A stretch of 64,000 bases of DNA. Source: the human T2T-CHM13v2.0 reference genome, Homo sapiens. The stretch's first letter is position 1, and each line of letters opens with the position of its first letter. Below are positions 1-64,000 of this stretch, in pieces. The notes beneath the pieces are model-generated. The model was not told the origin of the DNA and ran no database searches. It worked only from the letters and a program-made list of their open reading frames with translations. A program made the translations under genes and the position numbers. The DNA lies in the NCBI RefSeq assembly GCF_009914755.1, contig NC_060947.1. One strand, written 5' to 3'.

Positions 1-93
1 CCTGTATACTCCTCCAAAGTGATCTTCCTTCAGCACCCTTGATTCTACTCAAAACATCAATGGCTTCCCCAATGTCTTCCAAATGAAAATTAA

Positions 94-482
<389 letters not shown>

Positions 483-937
483 TAATACTATGCTATATGA
501 ACTTTGTGCTTCATCCAAATTTTACTCCTAGTTATTCATTGTCATTCCGGAGAATGTGTATAGTTTCTGCATTTTCCTTTCTGAACTTTTATTCATGTTA
601 TTTCTTCCAACTAGAATGCCCTTGTGCCTCTTCTTGTAAGTAGAAACCTTTCTCCCCTTTGAAATCTGTATCTCTCACTGCACTTACTAGAAACCTCTTT
701 GAATTACTGTAGTTATTTATGTTCACACCTTATATCCATACCCCTTTAATAAATTGTACATTCCTTGAAGGTTGGTACAAGCCTTCTTCATCACGGTCAT
801 CTGTATAGGACTTCCTACGCTGTATTATACATGATAGGTACACAATAAATAGCTAAAGAATATTTCATTTTAACAAAATAGTAATTATGAAAAAATTGTT
901 TATAGAAATACAAAATGCTATGTCCATACACAGATTT

Positions 938-1233
<296 letters not shown>

Positions 1234-1402
1234 CCATACACAGAATTTGATCAATTTTCTATTCAGATGTGAGATCCACTCAAGTTGAAAAAAAAGCACC
1301 TCAGATCTTTCAAATCATACAGTTAATTTAAAAACCAAGCATACAATTGAGCTTGACCATAATGTGGTAAAAATCAAATCGAAGTCTCATCTTTAGAATT
1401 AA

Positions 1403-1816
<414 letters not shown>

Positions 1817-2457
1817 TAAAAATACAATAAAAATTTCCTCTATGAGCTGTTGGTCCAACATTATCCACATAATTCATTTTCAACATATACATTAACTTAT
1901 TCAACAAATATTTACCAAGTGCCTACTATGTGCCAGGTACTATGTGCCTGGCAAACATCTGTCAACATGAGCAAAATAATTAACAAAGGAAGATGGAGTC
2001 AAAAGATAACAAAATAATGTAAAAAAACAGATGTTTAGTTGATTCTGAGCTAAATGTGTGTGGTGTAACCAATGGTAATTATCAATGCCTTTAGAAATAT
2101 TCATCAATTTTTTTTCTGTACAGTAAACAACTTATATACTTTAATTCTAAAAACATTAACAATTATGAAGGCTATATATTGATTTCAAGTATTATGGTAT
2201 TTTCATAAACTTACTTCTATTCAGATATGGTTGGAGAACCTTATTTTTGTTATTTTACAAACGCAAATACATGAAGGTTTCATCTTAATGCTTGGCACTA
2301 CAGAGTTTAGTCAGAGATGATAGGCTATCCCTCCAACTTTGGTCCAAGGACATAATAAACAGAACTCTATCATTTCCAAAGCAGGCACTCCAACATCAAG
2401 TTTTAAAAAGTTACTGCAATATTTCAATTGAAAGAAAAAAAAAAGATCAATGATTAC

Positions 2458-53250
<50,793 letters not shown>

Positions 53251-54609
53251 GAAGTTGCAAGGTCACCTAAGTACGAACACATGACATCAATCAATGTTAT
53301 GAGTCACTTTAAGTAACACCAAGTATTGAAACATGAAACCTGAGATCCAAAATCTTTGGGTCTAATTTTGATCTCCAGCACACTCACCATATGACTCCAG
53401 ACAAGACAGTAAGCTAGGTCTCAGTTTTCCACCCTCTAAAATAAAGATGTCTACTACTAGTGTGGATTTTGTTAAATTAAATGCACATAAATTTAGTCTT
53501 TTTCTCCTACAAAAGCCCACCTTTTGAGTTTGATATGTTTAATACACACAGGTAATTCATTTTCCATAATTGGTTCATTTCCAAATGAATACATTTAACA
53601 TATAGTTAAATGTATTAAACATTTACTACTTGAAAAAATCGGAGTTATCAGATTACAAATAAACTTCAAAAGGGATCTTTATGCAAAAATGAGTAATTAT
53701 CCTGTAATATATGTTTTAGTAAATCTGAATTCTGAAATGCTAAGTGACATTAATCTTTAACTGATTCCTATTCTTCACATTTCAGAAATATTATTACTAT
53801 AAGAAAACACATACATTTAGATATTTTTAGTTTTTTGAAAAGTAACAGAAAAGTAATTGGATAAATTGCGTAGTAAAACAATTCATTATAAAGTAACTGT
53901 TCATTGCCTTTTGTGCTCAGGGTAGTATGCCAAGTTCTAGGGAAAATACAAAGATGAATAAGCCATAGTCCTTGCCTTCAGAAGTTTACAATCCGTCTAC
54001 GGTTCTTTGGGCTTTTCAAAAAGCTGTTACATTAAACGTTATCAAAAAAAATGTGAATTGCTTTCTAAAACAGGAATTTGTATCCTGAGTTCTCGTGCAC
54101 TGAACATACCATATATTCTACATACAGAATAAACTTTTAAAATACTATTTAAGTTATAAAACAAAAAAGGTAAAAATCAGACATCAGAAATCTAAAGTAG
54201 GATATACAGAGCTAATTCAGTCTCCACATTTGTCTTTATCTTCCAACTGGCAAAAGCAAACTCCCTAATTCCAAATTATTTGGACGGAATTAGAGCAAAG
54301 GGGAAAATATTACTTTAACTCCAAAAGAAGTTACTTGTATAAATGTTTGGATTTCTACTACAAGAGTCTCTAGTGAATTCTGTAATTCAGTAAATGTCCC
54401 TAGTTTTGAGGTCTGACTATTCAAATCTCTTTAAACTCAACTACTTGGATAGTTAGTGCTTGTTCCTAAATTAGAATTAAGGTAATACATATGCCACGCA
54501 GATAAATACATGACCATTCTTGCTCAACATTAAGGATCTATTGCTACCAAGAGCACAGAATTTTTTAAAGTCACAATTGCACAGCCTATGAGATTCATAT
54601 AACACTTTT

Positions 54610-54779
54610 TTTTTTTAATTTTTATGTTTTAGAGACAAGGTCTCACTATGTTGCCCAGGCTGGAGTGCCGTGGCTATTCACAAGCACGACTCATCATCGC
54701 ATACCACAGCCTTGAACTCTTGGGCTCAAGTGATCCTCCCAAGTAACTGGGACTACAGGTGAACATCACTGTGCCTGGC
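54610..54779 (-). mobile_element. FAM/7SL-like Alu monomer
   Basis: GTGGCTATTCAC motif; TAACACTTT TSD. Confidence 0.8.
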
Positions 54780-55809
54780 TTAACACTTTAATTAAATGAT
54801 CATATAAAATATTTATTGGCATAACCATCCTAAAATGATTACTAAATGTACAAGTAGTCTATATAAACAAGTCATATTTACTGCCTATGGCTATAGAGAT
54901 AGCTTTTGAGGCCCAATGCAGCCACCAAAGAGTCTCAATTGGTACGCTCATAAATGCTCTAAAAAGTCAGAAATCTTTAGATGCCATTAGAGCCATAACT
55001 TCAGTCCAAAGCTGTGCTATCCAATGAGGTAACCACTAGCCACATGTGGCTACTTCAACTTAATTAAAAAATAAAAATCCAGCTCCTCAGTCACTCTAGC
55101 CATATTTCAAGTGCTCAAAAGCTACAAGTGGTTAGCGACTACTATAGTGGATGATGCAGCTATGGAATTTCTATGGGACGACACGTCAAAAGAATACTAC
55201 CATACTTAGTTCCAGTTTTTAAAATAAACAAATACATACAACTTCATGGATTCCTTTGGGGAAGGATTGCAGCCTTCTAAAACTATCACAAAAACCCCTA
55301 AAGTCACCACATCAGAATTTTGGTGGCAAGGGAAGGAATTGTATGGGGGATTAAGTCAGCTGTCAGAGAAATGGAATATCCAGCAAAGATATGCAGTGGG
55401 CATCTTAAGAGCTCCTATAATAGCAACTCCAGAGGGTCTCTAGGTTCTGCAACTCAGAGTTGGCATCAAAATAGGCACAAGAGGAAAGAACACCCCATAT
55501 TTCAGCTACCGATTCAGGTGGAGACACTATACCCATGTTTAATACACTGTTCTTCTGAGGGAAAAAAAATGAATTCTGAGTAACTGACTGAGGAAACACC
55601 TACTGAACACAACCCATTCATTTTTTTGAAGACTGCCTGTATAAATAATTATAATTCCTATTTATTTTTTGGTTTCAGCTTTTATGTATCTAAAATTCAA
55701 CTATGTTTTACAAGAGTTTATTCTACAAAAAGTTAAAAATAGATTGACATAGTTAAAATGGTAAATAGTATATGTATTTTGCCACAATAAAAAAACATTT
55801 AAATAGTTA

Positions 55810-56881
<1,072 letters not shown>

Positions 56882-58739
56882 TCAGCTGGTAGGATTTAAG
56901 CTTGGGAGTGATGTGGAGAAAAAGTACCAAAGAAAGAACCTAACAAAGATAGCAAAGCTGTACGATTCTGGAGTAGAGAAAGGGAGAGTAGGTAAACATT
57001 CGACCGGTCCTGATGATACCATTTAAATACCTGAAGCTAACCATGCCTGAAGCAAATTATCCACAACAGCTTTTCAGTTAAGAGAGAAAATAATTATTCA
57101 TTTTTGGTTTAATCTACTTTGAGCTAGGTTTCTGGCAACTGTGTTTAAAACTACTAATAAATTCATCAATGGATTACCCCATTTTTCAAACCAGGGTCAA
57201 CAGACCTCTCAGGAAAATAGATATATTCCAGGTTGTGCAAGAGAGCTCTATAACAATATAATTCTCTTTTTGTTTTGCTATTTAACTTTTGCTATCTAAA
57301 AAAATTAACATAAGCCTGCTCTGGGGATTCTCTGGGTGACCAACCTTATATACATAAATGACGCATTTGCACTAAATGAAGGGCAATGACCATATGGTTA
57401 GCTATAGAAATGAAGGTACTGAAAGGGTTCAAATAAAAAACCTTGCTATTATTTATATATAAGTAGGGAATATATTATATATATAGTATATATCAGTAGG
57501 TATGAAAAACTCAATAGAAGTAGGTAGGCAGTGACTCAGCAAAATACTCATTCAATATATGAAAGCTGATTCAAATGGCAATGGTTTTGTAGTTTCACTT
57601 GACTGCTTTGTTTTATGGTTGTGTAAGAACTCTGAGAATGTTTCAAACATTTTAAGTTCAGGGGTGTCTGTGAAATGTTTTTCTTATAACAAGAATTGGT
57701 ATAGTACGCAAATCCAAGAAAACTGGATTATATCTTGGTTCCTTAGACAATTTGACTGGCATCTCAACGATTCAAACTTTCAAAGTAGGTTTTGGGAACA
57801 AATTACATACAATTCAGAAAGAAAATAGAGGCTCTTCATATTTTCTTTGTCCAAGTTTTTATACTATGCAAATTATCTTTTTTTCTGAAAGCCTGAACAC
57901 ATGAAGTCCAGGTACATTTTGAGAAGACATTTAATAACTTTATTATTTTATCCTTATTCATTTTCAACTTTTGTCTCTGTTAATTTTCATACTTCATCTA
58001 TTTGTAGAAAATAGCTGGTTTACACTAAGATTTAAAACTCACTAGCATAATACTTTGCAAAGTTTGCCTATATTTTAAAACATTTTATGTCAGCTTTGGG
58101 ATGGGGCACTATAATAAAATATACTTCTACAAAGAAGTTTTACTTTATACTCAGGGTATAGACTTTATAGGCATACGCTTTTATTATAATTCATATGTAA
58201 AAGATATAATATGGGGAAAAGACTAATGTACAATTACTGGCCTTTTGAAGCCAATCTGTATAGTAAATATTTTATGTAAGTTTCATAAGATATTCTATAA
58301 TCACTAATTCCTAAAGTAACCTCAAGAAGTATGTATTATTAATCAATTTGCTTTTTATACGAGTAAAACTTATCCACCAGGGAAAATGTAAGTAAGTGCA
58401 TTGATGGGAACACTGGACATAGGGGCTGACAACCTGAGTGGGAATTTCTGGTCTACCACTTCCTGGCTGCCAAATCTGTAAGTATAATCAACCTCTGTAA
58501 GCCTTAGTTTTTCTATCTGTAAAACGAAAACAGTAATACCTTCCTTGCAGCACTACTGTGAACATTAAATAAAGCAAGTGAAATATTCCTCAACAGTACT
58601 TTGCACTATTTTTCTCAACTTCTCCTTCCTTACCTGAAGTCATACCGTTAAGTTGATGAATACAAGCACTTAAAGAAAACAAATCTAGTTCACATGAAGA
58701 GCTCAATTAAAATCATATCATAAATAAACTGCATCACAT

Positions 58740-59440
58740 CAGTAGTTCTCAAACTCTTTTATCCCAGGATTTCTTTTCACTTAAAACTTAATGAGAACCC
58801 CAATGAGCTTTATGTTTATATGGACAATATGTGTTGATATTTCCCATATTAGAAATTGAAACTGAGACAGATTTCAAATGTTTTTATTTAAAATATTTAT
58901 AAGCCCATTACAAGTTAATAAAAATACTTTTAATGAGAATAACTTTTAAAAAACAAATTTAATGAGAAAAGTAATATTGATTTACATTTTTGCAAATGTC
59001 TTTAATATTTATCTTAATAAAAAGCAGCTGGATTCTCTTATTCTCTGGGGAAAAATGCTGTATGATCTCACATGTGGAATCTAAACAACTTTATCTCATA
59101 GAAACAGAGAGTAGAAAGATGGTTACCAGAGACTTGGGAGTTCAGGGGTGGGACAGATGGGGAAAAGATGTTGATCCAAGAGTACGAAGTTTAATTAGAT
59201 GGGAGGAATAAGTTTTAGTTATCTATTGCACTACAAGGTGACCACAGCTAATACTAATAATGTATTGTATATTTCAAAATTGCTAAAATAATTTCTAACA
59301 TTCTCATAACAAAATGATAAATTGGTAAGGTGATGGCTATGTTAGCCTCTTTCAATAATGTATACATATCAAAACATCACATTGTACCCCATAAATACGC
59401 ACAATTATCATTTGCCAATAAAAAGTTAAAAAGGAAACAA
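58740..59440. mobile_element. hAT-type DNA transposon fragment (58740-59045) and L1MA 3' end (59055-59440)
   Basis: CAGTAGTTCTCAAACT terminus; L1MA 3' UTR CAAAACATCACATTGTACCCCATAAAT. Confidence 0.65.
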
Positions 59441-59621
59441 AAAAATGAAAAAAAAAACTCCTTAAAAGAAAACTACTTTGCAGCAAATGAATAAAGTCTA
59501 GACGAATACTCTACTTTCAGGAGTCATTTCTACAGTTCATTACTAGTGATGTTTCTCTGAATGTACAGAGCACTGGGAAAAAAAGTCTAGACGTATATAT
59601 TTGATTCAAATTACTGAGGAA

Positions 59622-59918
<297 letters not shown>

Positions 59919-61239
59919 ATTACTGAGGAAATCAAATCTTTTTGAATCACTACTTAAGACAAACTCACTGAAAACCAAGTAGCTGAGATTTGGAGTTATT
60001 CAACCTAAGAACTTTTTCAATAGGATATTCTTCAACTCTTCAACATGCTTAGAAATAATATTAAAGTATGAAAAAGTCGAAAAAAAATGAAGCCTTAAAA
60101 ATAAAAATATAAAGGAAAAAGGAATTGAATAATACTTCTTAAAACTTTTAAGTGAGCCTCCTTGCTTATTCTCCGTGACCACCTCACTCTCACAAAAAGT
60201 GAGACATAATATACCAAATTGAACATTGGATGAGGGTCAGAAAGCCTAGGTTTAAGAATTGGTTCCATCACTTCCTAGGCACATGACCTCGGTAAAGTTC
60301 TGTCCTTGAGGCTGTTTCCTCATCTTCAAACAGTTCTAACGACACCCTACAGCCCATCTCAAAAGGGGTGCTACCAATGAAATATACAAATGCAAGATAC
60401 GATTATAATGGAATCTGTACTGCTGTAGAAACATCAAAGGTACACAGCCCTAATTTTACAAGCAAATCAGTGCCTTTGTAGGCTCAGTGAAGTTTCTGCG
60501 TAAGGAGATTAAGTTTGCACAGTAACCCCCAAACCAGGACACCTCACAAATACTAAGAGGAGACTTTTGCAGTTTAAAACTCTACTTCTAGGTTTCTATT
60601 TTATGTTTAGGGGCACTAAAAGACATTACAACTCATAGTCCAAACCTGAAAACAATAGTAAAAAAAATTTAAGGTCGCAGATTTAAAAAACTCCACAAAA
60701 CTAACAAATCTTTCCAAACAAAGAGAATCCCCTGGATGAAGGTCTCCCGTGCTTGCAGAAGCTGGTTCACTTGACAATTTCCTCTCGAATTTCTCCTTAA
60801 AAAAGCATTAAAACCTGAGAGAAGTTGAAAGGAACTCCCTCCATCTCTAGAGCAGGAGTATACCTCAGCATAATTTTTTCCATCTCTTTAAGTAAAACCT
60901 GCAAACCTCCTAGTTAGAATATAGTGTATTTAACTCCACGTTTCTCCTCAGGGCTCTTATCCTCTAGACAATAACGGAATAGAGCACGATTTCTGTGACA
61001 GAGAAGGGAAGTCCCTTTGGCCAGAACAAGGTTGTGGGCATGGAATGACCGGTCCTGTGTGGGGGGAACCTGCGCAGAAAGAAGGGGTCACAGGGTCTCT
61101 GATGCCTGAAAGTTCGGAATCCCCTCAAGTCTCTTTTCGTTTGATTGAAGAGACTTGAGGGTGGGCGGGTCTCCGTCAAACATCAGTATCAACCGTACAA
61201 AAGACGAAAGGGAGTTGCCTCCAGAATGAAAAGCCCAAA

Positions 61240-61915
61240 CCGGGTTGGAAACAGACCGACAGGACTCAGGAGGTGAGAAGGCTGCCGCAGCTGCCGCGGC
61301 CCGCGAAACCACTGCCCGCCGCGGGCCGCCAGGCTCTACCTCCAGAAAACCCTCCCCCTTCAGGGCCCGGCGCAAGATGGTGGCCCACCAGCTACCACGC
61401 CGCCAAGCCTGTCCCCTCCCCCGCACCCCCGTCGATCCGCACCGGCATAGAGACCCTCAGCCAGCCGCCCTCAGAACCGCCCTCTGGGGAAGGCTGCCTC
61501 GGCCGCGCGGGAGAGCTGCTGCCTCCTTCCGCGCGGCACAGGCGGGGGCGGGGGCCGCTTACCGAGAGCAGAGCAGATCGGTCTGACTGGGGTTCGGATA
61601 AGGAGGAGGAGAAAGAGGAGGAGGAAAGGGAGGAGCGCGAAAAACCTCAGGCGACAGCCTCAGCAACAGCGACTCCCCCGGAGACTTCCAGCGCGGAACC
61701 GGCGTCTCAGCCGGGGGCAGAAGTATATAACTGCACGCGCTGCCTCATGGGTAGACGCCGACTCCACCCCCTGAACATCCGGGGCCTTTTAACCGCCCAC
61801 GGACGGACGGCTGGTACTTACATGTGCACATGTGCAGCTACTTTACTTACCGTCGAAGGCAGCGGAGGAAGTGTAATTGACTAGCGTGGATGCAGCTTTT
61901 CTAAGCAAACGCTCG
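61240..61915. promoter_or_regulatory. CpG island / ZNF280C promoter
   Basis: High GC and CpG density in an AT-rich window; GC boxes GGCGGGGGCGGGGGC at 61541-61555; YY1-like CAAGATGGTGGC at 61373-61384; ETS-like GAGGAAGTG at 61865-61873. Confidence 0.9.
61563..61710 (-). other. ZNF280C: ZNF280C non-coding exon 1 (5' UTR); 5' end approximate
   Basis: Inside the CpG island; donor CTCG|GTAAGC at 61563/61562; TATA-like TTATATAC on the minus strand at ~61723-61730. Confidence 0.75.
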
Positions 61916-62396
61916 ATTTAACCTGGAGTTGTCATCCCAAAAAATACATTGTACCTGACTACAGAGAAACATGAATTCTGGGTCTTCCTTGTGTGTGAGG
62001 GCTAAAGACACGAGTTAAAAATATAAATATATTGTTTTCTGGAAATACTGTACTTGAAACACGTCTCAAAATACTAGTTATTTTTACCTTTTGTTTTAAA
62101 CATATGGTTTTGCTTGTCTCTCTGTTACTTCTAATTGCCATATGGATGCCTATAGTAGGTACAAAAAATGCTAAGGAAAAATACATTTACTCTTACACAC
62201 AAGGAAGACCCAGAATTCATGTTTCTCTGTAGTCAGGTACAATGTATTTTGTGGGATGACAACTCCAGGTTAAATCGAGCGTTTGCTTAGAAAAGCTGCA
62301 TCCACGCTAGTCAATTACACTTCCTCCGCTGCCTTCGACGGTAAGTAAAGTAGCTGCACTTGTGCACATGTAAGTACCAGCCGTCCGTCCGTGGGC
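61795..62396. repeat. Long inverted repeat: 205-bp arms (61795-61999, 62192-62396), 192-bp AT-rich spacer
   Basis: Arms are reverse complements with 3 mismatches by eye (61831/62360, 61940/62251, 61997/62194). Confidence 0.97.
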
Positions 62397-62650
62397 TGGC
62401 CGCGGTGGCTCACACTTCTAATTCCAGCACTTTGGGAGGCTGAGGTGGGTGGATCACCTGGGGTGAGGAGTTTGAGACCACTTCCCTTTCCTCCTCGCCT
62501 TTCTCCTCCTCCTTCTCTGAACCCCAGTCAGCCTGACCAACATAGTGAAACCCCATCTTTACTAAAAATACAAAATTAGCAGGGTGTGGTGGCACATGCC
62601 TGTAATCCCAGCTACTTGGGAGGCTGAGGCGGGAGAATCACTGGAACTTG
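62394..62650 (+). mobile_element. 3'-truncated AluS-type element with a 50-nt non-Alu insert
   Basis: Alu left arm and part of right arm; stops at GAGAATCACTGGAAC with no A-tail; insert at 62481-62530. Confidence 0.9.
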
Positions 62651-62784
62651 TAAATACATTTACAAGAAAAACACTTGCCAAAATACTGCTTACAGAAACA
62701 TTTTCTAGACATTGTGCTTTGAACTGTAAAAGTTTCTTCTCCCAAATTTCTCCACAAGGTTTATAGCAGTACTGGTTCATCTCT

Positions 62785-63078
<294 letters not shown>

Positions 63079-63149
63079 CCAATTCATCTCTTAAGAGTTG
63101 CCCAGACTGAAAATATCGTGTGGCTTACATAACACACACGTAAATCCTG

Positions 63150-63787
63150 TCACTGAATCCTACCATTTTTTTTATTTGAGCTAGTTTTTTCTTTCTTATT
63201 TATACAGCTATTTGCTTCTGACCCTGAAAATAAGCTTTACAGGAAAAGACAGAGAATAATCAAAATAAAACAGTGAAAAGTCCCAAAATCTTGGAGCATG
63301 CATAGTTGGTCCCTGCTTCCGGTCAGGGTGATAAGAAAGTCCGGGCACCTTTTCCTTTGATGCCAGCAGGAAATTTAAAACTAGCAAATCTACAGCCGCA
63401 TGACTCTGCTTTTGGCTGTAGTGGGAAATTTAAAACTTGTGATTCTCCAGCCTGCCTCCTTCTTTGGCATTGGTGGGAAATTTAAAACTGGCAACAAAAA
63501 TTGGTGCAGTTGAGAAATTTAAAACTTGCAAATCTACAGCCTGTGCGGCATTTTCACCAGCCCCACTTCCTAGATGCTATAAAGGCCCATCCAACTTCCT
63601 CTGCCTCTGAAACCAGCCCAGACCTGTTTGCAGCACCCAGCCCTCCCTCACTTACCCCCACTAGTCCCCAGGGTAATAAAATTTCTCTCAAATTCTCTTG
63701 TCATATCTAGTGTCACGAGTGTCCACATCCAACCTAAAATTACGAGGAGGAATGGTCAAACTGCCTCAGCAGGATGACCAGAAAACA
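63150..63787 (+). mobile_element. Probable solo LTR (ERV-type, family not assigned; left boundary uncertain)
   Basis: Repeated enhancer-like motif x4, then CTATAAA at ~63577, AATAAA at ~63676 and a terminal ...AAAACA. Confidence 0.45.
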
Positions 63788-64000
63788 CTTATACACCCAA
63801 ATTTCAATCTAACTTATTCTTTTTTTCGTGAAAAATACAGCCAAGAAGACCAGCGGGCTCTGGTCAGTTGACTGTTTGCAGACTCTGGTCAGCAAATTTT
63901 CTATCAAGATGAAAATTTGAGAAACTAAATAATAACAATAATTAAAAGGATGTCTGGTGAGAATGGAATTAACACATGGGAAATTGTTTGGGTGATTTTT

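Noticed and set aside
61273-61884. 203-aa + strand ORF and overlapping ORFs in the CpG island
   Set aside because: GTG start, low complexity, and stop-poor GC-rich DNA; no recognisable domain.
61959-62232. Two opposite-strand ORFs both ending HTQ/YTQGRPRIHVSL
   Set aside because: A by-product of the inverted repeat; no coding evidence.
61795-62396. Inverted repeat as the TIRs of a MITE/DNA transposon
   Set aside because: No TSD flanks the outer ends; the direct repeat instead brackets the right arm plus Alu, and the left arm is continuous with the CpG island.
63370-63541. Repeat-spacer pattern resembling a CRISPR array
   Set aside because: Human DNA, 13-bp core, irregular periods (55/52/37), mutually similar spacers and no cas genes; fits an LTR enhancer repeat.

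Overview
Human genomic DNA: dense Alu/L1/L2/MIR/MER content plus a young AluYa5. The window holds most of ZNF280C (C2H2 zinc-finger gene, ZNF280/POGZ family, X-linked by recall) on the minus strand: a CpG-island promoter and non-coding exon 1 at ~61.6 kb, then 15 coding exons (53250 to 2458, 2042 nt, ~680 codons). All have GT-AG junctions and consistent phases; the final exons lie left of the window. Nearly all long ORFs in the supplied track are Alu/L1 artefacts. The most unusual structure is just upstream of the promoter. A 205-bp near-perfect inverted repeat (61795-61999 / 62192-62396) has its right arm inside a composite block (inverted promoter copy + truncated Alu carrying a 50-nt inverted copy of exon 1), and that block is bracketed by a 12-bp direct repeat. 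Also notable: a ~1.3-kb Alu-L1ME-Alu composite copied ~4.9 kb away into an L1 ORF2 with retroposition-like hallmarks, and several short locally templated insertions. Repeat subfamily names are from recalled consensus sequences, and repeat boundaries are approximate.
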